Assembly: GCA_015232405.1 (NCBI GenBank)
Contig: JADFZS010000003.1
Location: 13,433-77,432, forward strand
DNA from: Magnetococcales bacterium
Lineage (GTDB): Bacteria > Pseudomonadota > Magnetococcia > Magnetococcales > JADFYX01
Length of the DNA: 64,000 nucleotides
Direction of reading: 5' to 3'
Shown: one piece after another, positions 50,911 to 62,200 of the stretch
Layout: each line of letters begins with the position of its first letter
Numbering within the stretch: the stretch's first letter is position 1
Translations under genes and position numbers: made by a program
The notes under the pieces: generated by a model
Database searches by the model: none
Told to the model about the DNA's origin: nothing
What the model saw: only the letters and a program-made list of their open reading frames with translations

Positions 50911-51399
50911 GTGAGTGAAATAGAGAACAGTCAAGAGCTAGACATTAGCCAGAAACTGATTGAATGCCTTAAGGTTTCTGTTATCGATACCCTGTCTACA
51001 ATGGCTATGACTGAAACAACAATAATAAACACCGAGACAGCTGATGCATTTAATTTATCTTTCCAAATAGGTGGCCTGATTTACCTTTATGGCAATCATG
51101 AGGGGATGATTGCCATTTCAGGCGACAAATCTGTTATTCAATTTGTTATATCCAATATTGTTTACAATCCTGAAGGTGAAATGGCAGATGACGACATCAT
51201 GGATGGAGTTAGTGAGCTGGTAAACATGATTGCAGGTGGCATGAAGAGCAAAGCAGGTCTGACCACCGATGCAAAACTTACCCCACCAATAGCTATAGTT
51301 GGACCCTCATGCAAATCCCAATGGAAAACATTTCGCCCAACTTATGTTACTACATTTAAGACAGAGGCAGGTAACTTCCAGGTACACGCCAGCGTTTAA
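50911..51399 (+). CDS. cheX: CheX/CheC-family CheY-P phosphatase (CheX-like, single active-site motif)
   Basis: 162 aa. DGVSELVNMIAGGMKSKAGLTTDAKLTPP approximates the D/S-x3-E-x2-N-x(~22)-P motif. GTG start after TAGGAG. Positioned directly after cheY. Confidence 0.7.
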   Translation: MSEIENSQELDISQKLIECLKVSVIDTLSTMAMTETTIINTETADAFNLSFQIGGLIYLYGNHEGMIAISGDKSVIQFVISNIVYNPEGEMADDDIMDGVSELVNMIAGGMKSKAGLTTDAKLTPPIAIVGPSCKSQWKTFRPTYVTTFKTEAGNFQVHASV

Positions 51400-51521
51400 T
51401 AGTTTTAATTTATTGACCAGAAGTTATGATTACGACACTATAGTATTTGTTTATTATAACTGATAAAAAATATTTAACTATCCATACAATTTATTTTTAA
51501 CGGTAACCAATTGGAGCTAAT

Positions 51522-54002
51522 ATGAATATTAATAATATGCGAATTGGTAACAAAATTATTGGTAGCTTTGCTGTAATCGGCCTTCTGTTTGCTATTGTTG
51601 TATGGCAATTCAATAGATCAACAAATTACACAATTTCACAGTTTGACCAGTTGCTAGCTGTAACTCTAGCCAAGAAATCCCACTCACTGAACCTGGACCG
51701 GATCATGTTACAGGCTCGGCGCAGTGAGAAGGATTTTCTCTTAAGAAAAAAAACAAAATATCGCGACAAAGTATCTGGTTTAGTTAACGATTTCCAAAAA
51801 GAAATCGAACTGCTTATTCAAAAAGAGCGTCTTTCAGGCAACTCTTTAGGGGTGGATAATGCAAGAGATATGGGTAGCAATATGGCTAACTATGGGGATG
51901 CCTTTATTGCCCTTGTAGCCTCCTGGGAGAAAAAAGGATTAAGTAGCTCTGAAGGGCTGCAAGGTAACTTCAGAAACACAGCCCATGAACTAGAATCAAA
52001 CCTCAAAAACCTGAATGTTTCAGAGTTGGTTGAGACACAGCTACAACTGCGCAGGGCAGAAAAAGATTATCTTGCTCGGGGTAAAAATAAATATATAAAA
52101 AAGCATATAGATTTTATTAAACAGTTTAATACCCAGTTAAAAAAATCAACCCTTAAGGCAGATCTGCAGACTACAATCAGGGGCAAATTAAACAACTACA
52201 ATATTAGCTTTATAGAAGCTATTAAGGAGTATAAGGAAGATGGGAGTGCTAGCAAAGCAACCCTCTCCAACTTAAGTAACCAGGGGAGAATTTTAGAAAA
52301 AGAGTTAAAAGAACACTATGTAAGCGGCATTTTTAAAGATTATCTTCTTGTGCGTCGTTATGAGAAAGACTACCTCCTTAGAGGCAGCAAAAAATATATC
52401 TCAAGGGTTGAAAAAAAGATTGCTGAAATCAATGATAATCTTGACAGATCCATGCTTTCAACAGCAAACAAGGCCAAGATCAAGAGTTATCTCGGTAGAT
52501 ATCTGATCTCATTTTTGAACCTTGTTAAAGAGGACCAGAATATCACCTCTCTTACCAAAAATATGCGTGACATGGTTCACAAAATTGAACCCCAGATCAA
52601 AAACAACCTCATAGAGATAGATGCCGAGGTAAAACGGTCTGTAGACAACAATAAAGAGAATATCAACAACGACCTATCAATAGCTTTTACAGTTGTAGTT
52701 ACCACTATTATTGCTGGCATCATATTATCCGTTTTACTGTTTCGCAATATCACCGCAATACTCAGAGAACAGGTTCAACTTCTATCTACGGTCAACACCA
52801 AACTTAACGACTCTTCAATTGGCCTTGGCAAGCTTGCAGATAAAATGTCTGATGGTGCAAACAACCTTAGCTACCAAGCCTCTCAAGCTGCGTCTGCAGC
52901 AGAGGAGATGAGTACTAACATGCAGACCATCTCTACAGCTACAGAGGAGATGAGTACCAATATGCAGACCGTATCTTCTGCTGCCGAAGAGATGAGTGCA
53001 AACATGTCAACAATTGCTTCTGCAACCGAAGAGGCAAATATGAACCTGGATAGTGTTTCTAGTGGTGGTGGTGAAGCCAAAAACAATATGGAACATGTTC
53101 AGGACGCAGCACAACGCACAGCTGCAAATGTTGGAACAGTTGCCTCATCTGTTGATGAACTATCCGGCTCTATCAGTGTGGTCCGTAGTCGCTGTGAAAT
53201 TGCCACAAAGGAGGCCAAAGAGGCAAAAACAAGTTCTCATGATACATTGGTAATTATGGAAAAACTTGGCAAATCAGGTCATGAGATAGGTAAAATAGTT
53301 GATGTAATCAACAGCATTGCCGAGCAGACAAATATCCTTGCTCTAAACGCCTCCATTGAGGCAGCAGGTGCGGGAGAGGCAGGAATGGGCTTTGCCGTTG
53401 TCGCCAACGAGGTAAAACAGTTAGCTCGACAAACAAGTGAAGCCACCAAAATGATCTCTGATCAAATAGAAGAGATTCAGTCAAATACCGAAGCGGCTGG
53501 TAAAGCAACCAAAAAGGTGGAAGAGGTTATATCTAAATTAGGTGAAGCCAACAATGATATTTTAACCTCGGTTAACGAACAAAACAGTAACGTTGATAAA
53601 ATTTCAAACTCAATGGGTAGTGTCTCCAAAGAGACTGATGACGTAACCAATATGGTTAAAGAGGCAACAAGCAGCATTGGGGAAATTTCCCGCAATGTTG
53701 AAGAGATTTCTGAGGGTATAAGTGAAGTAACAAGAAGTGTAAACGATGCCACAGCAGGTGTTGATGAGATGACCAGTTCAATATCCGAGGTATCAAATGC
53801 CAGTAATGAAATTTCTCTAAATGTAACTGAGACATCCCAAGCCTCAAGTGAGGTGGCAAAAACCATGACAGAAGTAGATAATATGTCAAATGGTATCAAT
53901 ACGATGAGTAAAACAGTTGATAGACAATCTAAAGATATAGATCAAATATCCAAAGATTTGCATGAAGCAATGATAAAGTTCAACAAGCAAGTTGATGGGT
54001 AA
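51522..54002 (+). CDS. Methyl-accepting chemotaxis protein A (triple helical-repeat periplasmic sensor, HAMP-less long signalling domain)
   Basis: Two TM helices (~13-30 and ~385-407). [20 protein letters not shown] and [10 protein letters not shown] sit at residues 66, 177 and 278. Tip [39 protein letters not shown]. Confidence 0.9.
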   Translation: MNINNMRIGNKIIGSFAVIGLLFAIVVWQFNRSTNYTISQFDQLLAVTLAKKSHSLNLDRIMLQARRSEKDFLLRKKTKYRDKVSGLVNDFQKEIELLIQKERLSGNSLGVDNARDMGSNMANYGDAFIALVASWEKKGLSSSEGLQGNFRNTAHELESNLKNLNVSELVETQLQLRRAEKDYLARGKNKYIKKHIDFIKQFNTQLKKSTLKADLQTTIRGKLNNYNISFIEAIKEYKEDGSASKATLSNLSNQGRILEKELKEHYVSGIFKDYLLVRRYEKDYLLRGSKKYISRVEKKIAEINDNLDRSMLSTANKAKIKSYLGRYLISFLNLVKEDQNITSLTKNMRDMVHKIEPQIKNNLIEIDAEVKRSVDNNKENINNDLSIAFTVVVTTIIAGIILSVLLFRNITAILREQVQLLSTVNTKLNDSSIGLGKLADKMSDGANNLSYQASQAASAAEEMSTNMQTISTATEEMSTNMQTVSSAAEEMSANMSTIASATEEANMNLDSVSSGGGEAKNNMEHVQDAAQRTAANVGTVASSVDELSGSISVVRSRCEIATKEAKEAKTSSHDTLVIMEKLGKSGHEIGKIVDVINSIAEQTNILALNASIEAAGAGEAGMGFAVVANEVKQLARQTSEATKMISDQIEEIQSNTEAAGKATKKVEEVISKLGEANNDILTSVNEQNSNVDKISNSMGSVSKETDDVTNMVKEATSSIGEISRNVEEISEGISEVTRSVNDATAGVDEMTSSISEVSNASNEISLNVTETSQASSEVAKTMTEVDNMSNGINTMSKTVDRQSKDIDQISKDLHEAMIKFNKQVDG
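52893..53060 (+). repeat. In-frame 42-nt (14-aa) tandem units inside MCP A
   Basis: [14 protein letters not shown] / [14 protein letters not shown] / [14 protein letters not shown] / [14 protein letters not shown]. Confidence 0.7.
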
Positions 54003-54125
54003 ATTGTAAAACAAAATATGGATTTTGCCATTGAATTATGTAGGGATTTAGTACATTCTAATGTGATCATGAACTAACAAATAGTTTGTGATCCTGCTTA
54101 TTAACCACGGCAAAAGGAGAGGGAT

Positions 54126-56027
54126 GTGTCAGGATCATCAGGTATGCTGGGTAACATACGAATAGGTGTTAGAATCGGTGTTGGTTTTGGTGTAGTACTA
54201 CTTACATGTATTATTCCATTAATTGTCATGCTTACTAATCTCTCATCTAATCATGAAAGAGTGGAGTTGATAAAAGAAGAGAGCCTGCCTTATGCATTGA
54301 TAGCAGATAAGATGGTAAATGATGCGACTGTTGTAAACATGTGGTTAACAGATGTAGCTGCATCACATAATTTTGACGGGCTAAGTGATGCAGAAGATGC
54401 CGCTAATAGTTTTAGGAGTGGCTTGGATAAATTCAAGGGTATGTTTAGAGAAGAAGATGACAGCAACGCCCTTAGAAAGATGGATGATTTAAGCAAAGCG
54501 TTTGAAAGAACCCTCCAAAACGGCAAAAAAATGGCCACCGTTTATGTAAAAGAGGGGGTTGATGCCGGAAATGTTCTTATGGAGAGCTTTGATGCTGATG
54601 TTGACCAACTTAAAAGTCTTATCCTAAAATTACGAGACAGCCAGGTTAACGAAGCTGAAGAAGCTATTCATGATATTGAAGCTTCAATGGCAAACTCAAA
54701 ACAGGTAGCCATCTCCATGGGTGTAATAGCTCTTGTTATGTGTGCTATAATTGCCTTTTTGATTATCAGAAATATTACTACCACCCTAAGAAATCAAGTA
54801 ACTTTACTAGATTCTGTAAACTCCAAGCTGTCTGACTCTTCCACCGGATTGGGCAAACTTGCTCTTGATATGTCAGACGGTGCTAACAACCTCAGTGACC
54901 AATCTACCCAAGCGGCCTCTGCAGCTGAGGAGATGAGTGCAAACATGCACACTATCTCAGCAGCAACAGAAGAGATGAGTGCCAACATGAATACCGTCTC
55001 TTCCGCAGCAGATGAGATGAGCGCAAATATGTCAACAATTGCATCTGCAACTGAGGAGGCAAACATCAACCTTGAGGGTGTCTCAAGTGGTGGTCAGTCA
55101 GCAAAAGATAACATGGAAAAGGTTCAAGAGGCTTCCCAAAGAACCAGCAATAATGTTGGCAAAGTAGCTTCTTCAATCGATCAACTATCTAGCTCTATCA
55201 GTGGTGTGCGCAAACGTTGTGAAAGTGCCACCAAAGAGGCAGAAGTAGCAAAAACAAGTGCCCAAGATACCTTTGTGATTATGGAAAAACTGGGTAAATC
55301 AGGACGGGAAATCGGCAAGATGGTTGATGTCATCAACAGTATTGCCGAACAGACCAATATTCTGGCCCTAAACGCCTCTATTGAAGCTGCTGGAGCTGGT
55401 GAAGCGGGAATGGGGTTTGCTGTTGTGGCCAACGAGGTTAAACAGCTGGCCCGTCAAACAAGTGAAGCCACCAGGATGATCTCCGACCAGATTGATGAAA
55501 TAAGAGCCAACTCAGATGCCGCTGGTGAAGCTACCCATAAAGTTGGTGAAATTATTTCCAAATTGGGGGATGCCAACAATGAAATACTGCTCTCTGTAAA
55601 TGAACAAAACAGCACAGTAGAAGAGATTTCCGACTCCATGGGTGGTGTTGCCAATGAGACAGACGGCGTTACCAAAATGGTGGAAGGAGCCACAGATAAC
55701 ATCAGTGAGATCTCCAACAATGTTGATGAGATTTCAAGTGGCATAAGTGAAGTGACTAGAAGTGTTAGTGAAGCCACATCAGGAGTTGATGAGATGACCC
55801 GCTCCATATCTGAGGTATCGGGAGCTAGTGGAGAGATTTCTAGAAATGTATCTGAAACCTCTCAAGCCTCTGGCGAGATAGCTAAAACCATGGGTGAAGT
55901 TGACAATATGGCTAACGGCATTAAAACCATGAGCACAACGGTAGAGGAACAATCCAAAGCAATGGCAGAAATATCTGATGAGTTACGTGTTGCCATGGTG
56001 CAGTTCAACAAGCAGGTGGATGGGTAG
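54126..56027 (+). CDS. Methyl-accepting chemotaxis protein B (short helical sensor, HAMP-less long signalling domain)
   Basis: GTG 54126 lies 7 nt after AGGAG. TM helices at ~15-37 and ~195-215. The signalling module is collinear with MCPs A and C and has the same tip sequence. Confidence 0.9.
   Translation: MSGSSGMLGNIRIGVRIGVGFGVVLLTCIIPLIVMLTNLSSNHERVELIKEESLPYALIADKMVNDATVVNMWLTDVAASHNFDGLSDAEDAANSFRSGLDKFKGMFREEDDSNALRKMDDLSKAFERTLQNGKKMATVYVKEGVDAGNVLMESFDADVDQLKSLILKLRDSQVNEAEEAIHDIEASMANSKQVAISMGVIALVMCAIIAFLIIRNITTTLRNQVTLLDSVNSKLSDSSTGLGKLALDMSDGANNLSDQSTQAASAAEEMSANMHTISAATEEMSANMNTVSSAADEMSANMSTIASATEEANINLEGVSSGGQSAKDNMEKVQEASQRTSNNVGKVASSIDQLSSSISGVRKRCESATKEAEVAKTSAQDTFVIMEKLGKSGREIGKMVDVINSIAEQTNILALNASIEAAGAGEAGMGFAVVANEVKQLARQTSEATRMISDQIDEIRANSDAAGEATHKVGEIISKLGDANNEILLSVNEQNSTVEEISDSMGGVANETDGVTKMVEGATDNISEISNNVDEISSGISEVTRSVSEATSGVDEMTRSISEVSGASGEISRNVSETSQASGEIAKTMGEVDNMANGIKTMSTTVEEQSKAMAEISDELRVAMVQFNKQVDG
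54918..55085 (+). repeat. In-frame 42-nt (14-aa) tandem units inside MCP B
   Basis: [14 protein letters not shown] / [14 protein letters not shown] / [14 protein letters not shown] / [14 protein letters not shown]. Confidence 0.7.
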
Positions 56028-56218
56028 CCAATCATAATAAATAGAATAAAAAATTTGGACACCCTATAAAACCAGCTACTATTTGTACATTCATTAATTA
56101 ACTATAAGTTAAAGTTAATTAAGCTAAGTATTTACAGGGGTTCCGGCATTTTATAGGTTAATGTAGTTAAGTTGCCGGAAAAATATTGGGTTTATTGAGG
56201 TTAATTCAGGGAAACAAG

Positions 56219-59200
56219 ATGTTAAGTTTACAAAACGCTCGCATCAAACCGATGCTAATATGGACCTATCTATTGGTAGGATTAATACCAATAATATTGA
56301 GTGGATATACAGGGAGCAGCAACTCTGAAGAAGCACTTCTAAATCAAGCTTTCAACCAACTAAAGTCGGTTCGTGAAATTAAAAAAGTACAAATTGAGAA
56401 TTATTTTAAAGAGCGCGAAGGTGATATTGGAGTACTTGTCGAGACCGTTAACACCTTGCGGTCAAACGCCATAAACCAACTTACTGCGATTAACCAGAGC
56501 AAAAAACAGCAGATAGAAGATTATTTCAGAGGTCGCCAACTATTGATGATGGATGTTCGCAAGAACCTCCGTTTTACCAAAGCGGTAGACCCATTTACCG
56601 AAGCAATCGCCCATGGCATCAACAGTCAAGAATACAAAAATGTATATAGGCAGCGGTATTCAGGGCTTAAGACATTCCAAGACACTTCAGAATTTTTTGA
56701 TGTCTACATTATCAACTTAAAAGGGCAGGTAGTTTTTTCAACCGAACGTAGGTCAGACATGGGTAGCAAACTCCTGCAAGGTCCACTTAAAAATAGCGGA
56801 TTGGCAGAAGCTTTCAAAAAAGGTCGTCTAGACACCCATATGACTGACTTCTCTTTTTACGAACCAACTGGAGCACCTGCTGCTTTTATAAGTACACCAC
56901 TTGTTAACAGTAAGGGTTCAATAGTAGGGGTTGGAGCATTCCAGATCTCCCTTAAGCCCATCAATAGCATCATGTCCACACGTCATGGTATGGGTAAAAC
57001 CGGAGAGAACTATATAGTCGGACCAGACAAGCTGATGCGGTCTGATTCATTTTTAGATCCTAAATACCACTCTGTTGTTGCTTCGTTTGCCAACCCTGAG
57101 AAGGGAAAGGTAGATACTGAAGCTGTGCGTTTGGCTTTGGCTGGCAATACAGGTGCTGATGTTATAATCGACTATAATAACAACCCGGTGGTTTCTGCTT
57201 TTACTCCCCTTAAAATCAAAGGGGTAAAATGGGTACTTTTATCTGAGATTGACGTAGCAGAAGCATTTAGCCCTGTTGATGAATCAGGGCATGAATATTT
57301 TAAAAAATATCAGGAGATGTACGGCTATTATGATGTATTTCTGGTTAATCCTGATGGTTTTGTCTTCTATACATCCTCTAAAGAGGCCGATTATCAGACC
57401 AATATGGTTAATGGTAAATATTCCAGCTCAAATTTAGGTAAACTTGTTCGTCAGGTAATACAGACCAAAAAATACGGTGTCGCCGATTTTGCCCCATATG
57501 CTCCAAGCAATGGTGATCCTGCAGCCTTTATTGCTCAACCGTTGGTACACAATGGTGATGAGGTGGAGCTTGTGGTTGCTTTGCAACTATCATTGGAATC
57601 TATAAACAGCACAATGCAACAACGAGCTGGTATGGGCAAGTCAGGAGAGAGCTACCTTGTTGGACCTGACAAGCTCATGCGTTCTGACTCATTTCTCGAC
57701 CCCAACAACCATTCTGTTAAAGCATCATTACAGGGGTCTGTTGCCAAAAATGGAGTTGATACCGAGGGTGTAAGGGATATTCTGAATGGAAAAGCAGGGG
57801 CGAAGATAATAACTGACTACAATGGCAACCCGGTTCTTTCAGCCTATACGCCTGTGGATATTCCCGGTCTAAGTTGGGGTCTGTTGGTTGAAATTGACTT
57901 TGCAGAAGTTGAAGAGCCTATTGTAGCACTCATCAATGTCATACTTATTACTATTCTGATTATAGCTGCTATTGTGGTTGTGGTAGCTCTGTTTATCAGC
58001 AACAATCTAATTTCAACACTGCGTGAACAATCTGCCCTATTCCGTTCAGTCAACGTCAAACTATCAGAATCATCTGTAAGTTTGGGCAAGCTTGCTGTAG
58101 ATATGTCCAGTGGTGCAAGTAATCTTAGCGATCAATCCACCCAAGCGGCCTCAGCAGCTGAGGAGATGAGTGCTAACATGCACACTATATCAGCCGCAAC
58201 TGAGGAGATGAGCGCAAATATGGCTACGGTCTCTTCTGCCGCAGAAGAGATGAGTGCCAACATGTCAACAATCGCATCTGCAACTGAGGAGGCAAACATC
58301 AACCTTGATGGTGTTTCAAGTGGGGGCGAGTCGGCAAAAGAGAATATGGAACAGGTACAAGAGGCTTCCCAACGAACCGGAAGCAACGTTAGTGATTTGG
58401 CGACCTCTGTTGAGCAGCTATCCAGCTCTATTAGCGGTGTGCGCGTACGTTGTGAAAAAGCCACTAAAGAGGCCCAAGAGGCTAAAGTAAGCTCCCAGGA
58501 AACCTTTGTGATAATGGAAAATCTAGGTAAATCGGGACGGGAAATCGGCAAGATGGTTGATGTCATCAACAGTATTGCTGAACAGACCAACATTCTTGCA
58601 TTAAACGCTTCCATTGAGGCTGCAGGAGCTGGCGAGGCCGGAATGGGATTTGCGGTTGTGGCCAATGAGGTTAAACAGCTGGCCCGCCAAACAAGCGAAG
58701 CAACACAGATGATAGCTGACCAAATTGATGAGATCCGTTCCAATTCAGATTCAGCAGGATCAGCTACCCACAAAGTTGGTGAAATTATCTCCCAGCTTGG
58801 TGATGCCAACAATGAAATACTGCTAGCTGTAAACGAACAAAACAGCACCGTAGATGAGATTTCCACCGCAATGGGTAAGGTTGCCGATGAGACTGACGGT
58901 GTAACCAAGATGGTTGAATATGCAACTGGCAATATTGGTGAAATTTCCACCAATGTTAATGAGATTTCAGCTGGTATAAGTGAGGTAACAAGAAGTGTTG
59001 CTGATGCTACCACTGGTGTTGATGAGATGACCCGCTCCATCACAGAGGTGTCTGGAGCTAGCGGTGAGATATCTCTTAATGTATCTGAAACATCTCAAGC
59101 AAGTGGAGATATTGCCAAAACCATGGGTGAAGTTGATCGTATGGCAGATGGTATTAATTCCATGAGTAAAACAGTGGATACGCAATCCAAAACCATGGCA

Positions 59201-59260
59201 CAAATTTCTGAAGAGTTGAATGCTGCTATGGTCAAGTTTAGCAAAAGGGTAGATGGTTAA
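56219..59260 (+). CDS. Methyl-accepting chemotaxis protein C (duplicated Cache-like periplasmic sensor, HAMP-less long signalling domain)
   Basis: There are two ~270-aa repeats, each ending GMGK(T/S)GE(N/S)Y(I/L)[15 protein letters not shown] ... D(Y)N(N/G)NPV(V/L)SA(F/Y)TP. They are followed by TM2 and the shared signalling module. ATG 56219 is preferred over the tracked TTG 56186, but this is uncertain. Confidence 0.9.
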   Translation: MLSLQNARIKPMLIWTYLLVGLIPIILSGYTGSSNSEEALLNQAFNQLKSVREIKKVQIENYFKEREGDIGVLVETVNTLRSNAINQLTAINQSKKQQIEDYFRGRQLLMMDVRKNLRFTKAVDPFTEAIAHGINSQEYKNVYRQRYSGLKTFQDTSEFFDVYIINLKGQVVFSTERRSDMGSKLLQGPLKNSGLAEAFKKGRLDTHMTDFSFYEPTGAPAAFISTPLVNSKGSIVGVGAFQISLKPINSIMSTRHGMGKTGENYIVGPDKLMRSDSFLDPKYHSVVASFANPEKGKVDTEAVRLALAGNTGADVIIDYNNNPVVSAFTPLKIKGVKWVLLSEIDVAEAFSPVDESGHEYFKKYQEMYGYYDVFLVNPDGFVFYTSSKEADYQTNMVNGKYSSSNLGKLVRQVIQTKKYGVADFAPYAPSNGDPAAFIAQPLVHNGDEVELVVALQLSLESINSTMQQRAGMGKSGESYLVGPDKLMRSDSFLDPNNHSVKASLQGSVAKNGVDTEGVRDILNGKAGAKIITDYNGNPVLSAYTPVDIPGLSWGLLVEIDFAEVEEPIVALINVILITILIIAAIVVVVALFISNNLISTLREQSALFRSVNVKLSESSVSLGKLAVDMSSGASNLSDQSTQAASAAEEMSANMHTISAATEEMSANMATVSSAAEEMSANMSTIASATEEANINLDGVSSGGESAKENMEQVQEASQRTGSNVSDLATSVEQLSSSISGVRVRCEKATKEAQEAKVSSQETFVIMENLGKSGREIGKMVDVINSIAEQTNILALNASIEAAGAGEAGMGFAVVANEVKQLARQTSEATQMIADQIDEIRSNSDSAGSATHKVGEIISQLGDANNEILLAVNEQNSTVDEISTAMGKVADETDGVTKMVEYATGNIGEISTNVNEISAGISEVTRSVADATTGVDEMTRSITEVSGASGEISLNVSETSQASGDIAKTMGEVDRMADGINSMSKTVDTQSKTMAQISEELNAAMVKFSKRVDG
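58151..58318 (+). repeat. In-frame 42-nt (14-aa) tandem units inside MCP C
   Basis: [14 protein letters not shown] / [14 protein letters not shown] / [14 protein letters not shown] / [14 protein letters not shown]. Confidence 0.7.
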
Positions 59261-59299
59261 TGATATCAAATTTACACCTATCAACTGTTGGAGAACGAC

Positions 59300-62200
59300 A
59301 TGTCTGAGGAAGATGACGCTCTCATAGCGATGTTCGTCCAGGAGTCTACGGAGCATCTAGATACTATTGAACCAGATCTTCTTATACTGGAAGAGCAAGG
59401 TAAAGATACAGATCCAGCTGTCGTAAACCGTATGTTCCGTGGAGTGCATACCATCAAGGGGACTTCAGGTTTTTTTGGTCTATCCAATATCTCCAATTTA
59501 AGCCACACCATGGAGAACCTCCTGGGTAAGATCCGAGAAAATGTCATGGTCCCCACTGCGGAGGTTACTGATAGTCTTCTGGCGGGTATGGACAAACTTA
59601 CCCAGATGATCGAAGACGTCCCCAATAGTGAGTCCATTGATGCATCCCAAGAGAAGGCTGTTATCCAGGCTCTACTAGACGGTAGTGGCGGTGGTGATGG
59701 AGCAGCAGCAAAACCAAAAGCTGAAGAGGCAGCCCAAGAAGCTGATCAGGGTGCTACAGAAGCTGAGGCGCAAACCCAACAGGCAGAAGAGGAGGCAGAA
59801 GAGACAACCCAACTTGCCAAGGTAGAGCCTGACCCACAACAGTTTCCCATCTTGGACAACTATCCTGAAGAGGTACAAGATGCAATTAAAACCGGGAAGT
59901 ATCTCTATGTAATTGATTTTAAATTAAAAGGAAACAACTCTACAAGACAGGACTCCTTCAAACAGTTTGAGCAACTGATTGGCCCGGTTGGAACCTTGAT
60001 CGCCACCAACCCGATCATTAATGATGAGCTGAACTTTTTATCCTGCAAAGACGATATTCTACAAATTTTCGTATCAACAGTTCTGGATCTTGATCTGGTC
60101 TGCTCTTTGACTGAATTAACCGAAAAATCTATAACCCAAGTTCAAATACCAAAAAGTGCAATAAAGAAAAAAGAGGCGGAAGAGCCTACCACTGATAGTG
60201 GTGGACTGGTTGCGGTTGGTGAAGTTTATGATGAAGTTGAAGATGAAGATGATGAACCGACACCTACAAAACGTAAACTAAGACTTTTAAATGAAAAGCT
60301 GAGTAACCAGTCCAGCTCCGGCAATGGTGATGGCATAGCTGTAGCATCAAAAAGTGCCGCCAAACAACCTGTTGTGGAAGAGACATTGCGTGTCAGCGTT
60401 TCACTACTTGATGAGTTGATAAACATGGCTGGTGAGCTTGTTTTGATCCGTAATCAACTCAGTAGAACAGTTAGCACTACCACATCAAACGATCCCCAAG
60501 CTCCCTTGATCCAAAGCCTGGACTCTATCACCAGCCGTATTCAGGCAAAAGTGATGCACGCCCGGATGCAGCAGATAAATGTGGTGTTTAGTAAGTTCCC
60601 CAGGGTTGTTCGGGATCTTGCAAACAAGATGGATAAAAAAATCACCCTTGAGTTGCGTGGTGGTGAAGTGGAATTGGATAAATCGGTTATTCAACATCTA
60701 TCCGATCCACTAACCCATATGATTCGTAATGTGGTGGATCACGGTATCGAACTACCCGATATTCGCAAAGCAGCCGGAAAGCCTGTGAATGGACAGGTAC
60801 AACTAGCCGCCTACCATGAAAACGGCATGGTCAATATTGCCATGATCGATGATGGTGCGGGCATAGATGCCGAAAAGATCAAAAGAAAGGCGATAGATAA
60901 GGGACTTATTACCAATAAACAGGCTGAAAATATGGGTGAAGAGGATGCCCTCGCCCTGATTTTTGCCCCCGGTTTTTCCATGGCCAAAAAGGTATCAGAT
61001 GTTTCTGGACGTGGTGTTGGCATGGATGTGGTGCGAACAAATATTGAAAAACTACGTGGCTCGGTACAGATCACATCAAAGGTTGGTGCAGGAACCAACA
61101 TTACCCTTAAACTGCCACTGACACTGGCGATTATTCCTGCAATGATCATCTCGGTTAGAAATCACAGATTTGCCATACCTGAGATTGGTCTGGTTAAAAT
61201 TGTGCGTGTGGTTGACTCCGAGCTGGAAGATCAGATCCAGATGGTCTACAACGCACCAGTACTACGTATGCAGGATATGTTACTCCCTCTTGTGGACCTG
61301 GCTGATGTTTTGGAAATGCATGTCACATGGCCTGAAGATAGCGACAAAACCGAACGACGTGCTCGTTGGCTCCATAGACAGGTCAACAAAAACAGTAAAA
61401 AAGGCAACCCGGTAGATGGAAAAGAACGCCGGGCCAAGAGAAACAAAGTTATCTACATAATGGTTATCAACATTGGCGGCAATAAATTTGGTATGGTTGT
61501 TGACAATGTTTTGGATAGTGAAGAGATTGTTGTTAAGCCCCTCCCCTCCTACTTCAAAGAAAACACATGCTTTTCGGCTACAACAATTCTTGGTGATGGC
61601 AGTGTTGCCCTGATTATCGACTATGCAGGAATTATGGAGAAGGCCAACATTAACTTTGGCAACATTGAACAGAGTGAGCTTGCAAAAAGACAGGGTGAAA
61701 TGCGCTCACCCTTACATGAAAAACAGAACATCATCATTTTGGAGACCGGCTCTGGTTTACGCATGGGTATTCTTACCCGTATGGTACGACGGGTTGAGAA
61801 GATCCGCCATAAAGATATCGATCTGATAAATGATAACCACTATGTTCGCTACACTGATAAAACCTATCGAATCATCCTCCCTGGTCAGGTTCTAGGTTTG
61901 GAGTATGACAACTCCTTGGAAGAGGTTATTGAGGACGAAAACAAAGAGCTGTGTATGGTGATTTCCAATATTCCAGGGCTGCAAGCTGGATTGGTGTTTG
62001 CCAAGATTGTTGATACCATGGATACCTATATCGATTTGGATCAACAGGCTATCCAAGCTCAAGGTCTGTATGGTTCGGCTCGTCTGGATGAACATGTTGT
62101 TCTGTTCCCCAACATTACCGAACTGTTCAACATGGTTGAGATATCAGCCCCTCCACCTGAATCGATATGGGATGGTGCTGGTCTTAAAGCGATAGTTGTG

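Noticed and set aside
52893-53060. Regularly spaced 42-nt repeats that superficially suggest a CRISPR-like or minisatellite array.
   Set aside because: They are in frame inside MCP coding sequence with no unique spacers between units, and they encode the heptad-periodic methylation-helix motif. No CRISPR repeats or cas genes occur anywhere in the window.
58132-59043. Long antisense ORFs inside the chemoreceptor genes: 303 aa at 58132-59043, plus 53477-53899, 55454-55807, 37648-38208, 47549-48037 and others.
   Set aside because: All of them lie exactly opposite the Ala/Glu/Ser/Thr-rich signalling domains. The codon composition of those domains rarely produces stops on the complementary strand. 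The translations are low-complexity (ISS/TSL/SAA runs), have no start context, and overlap confidently called MCP genes.
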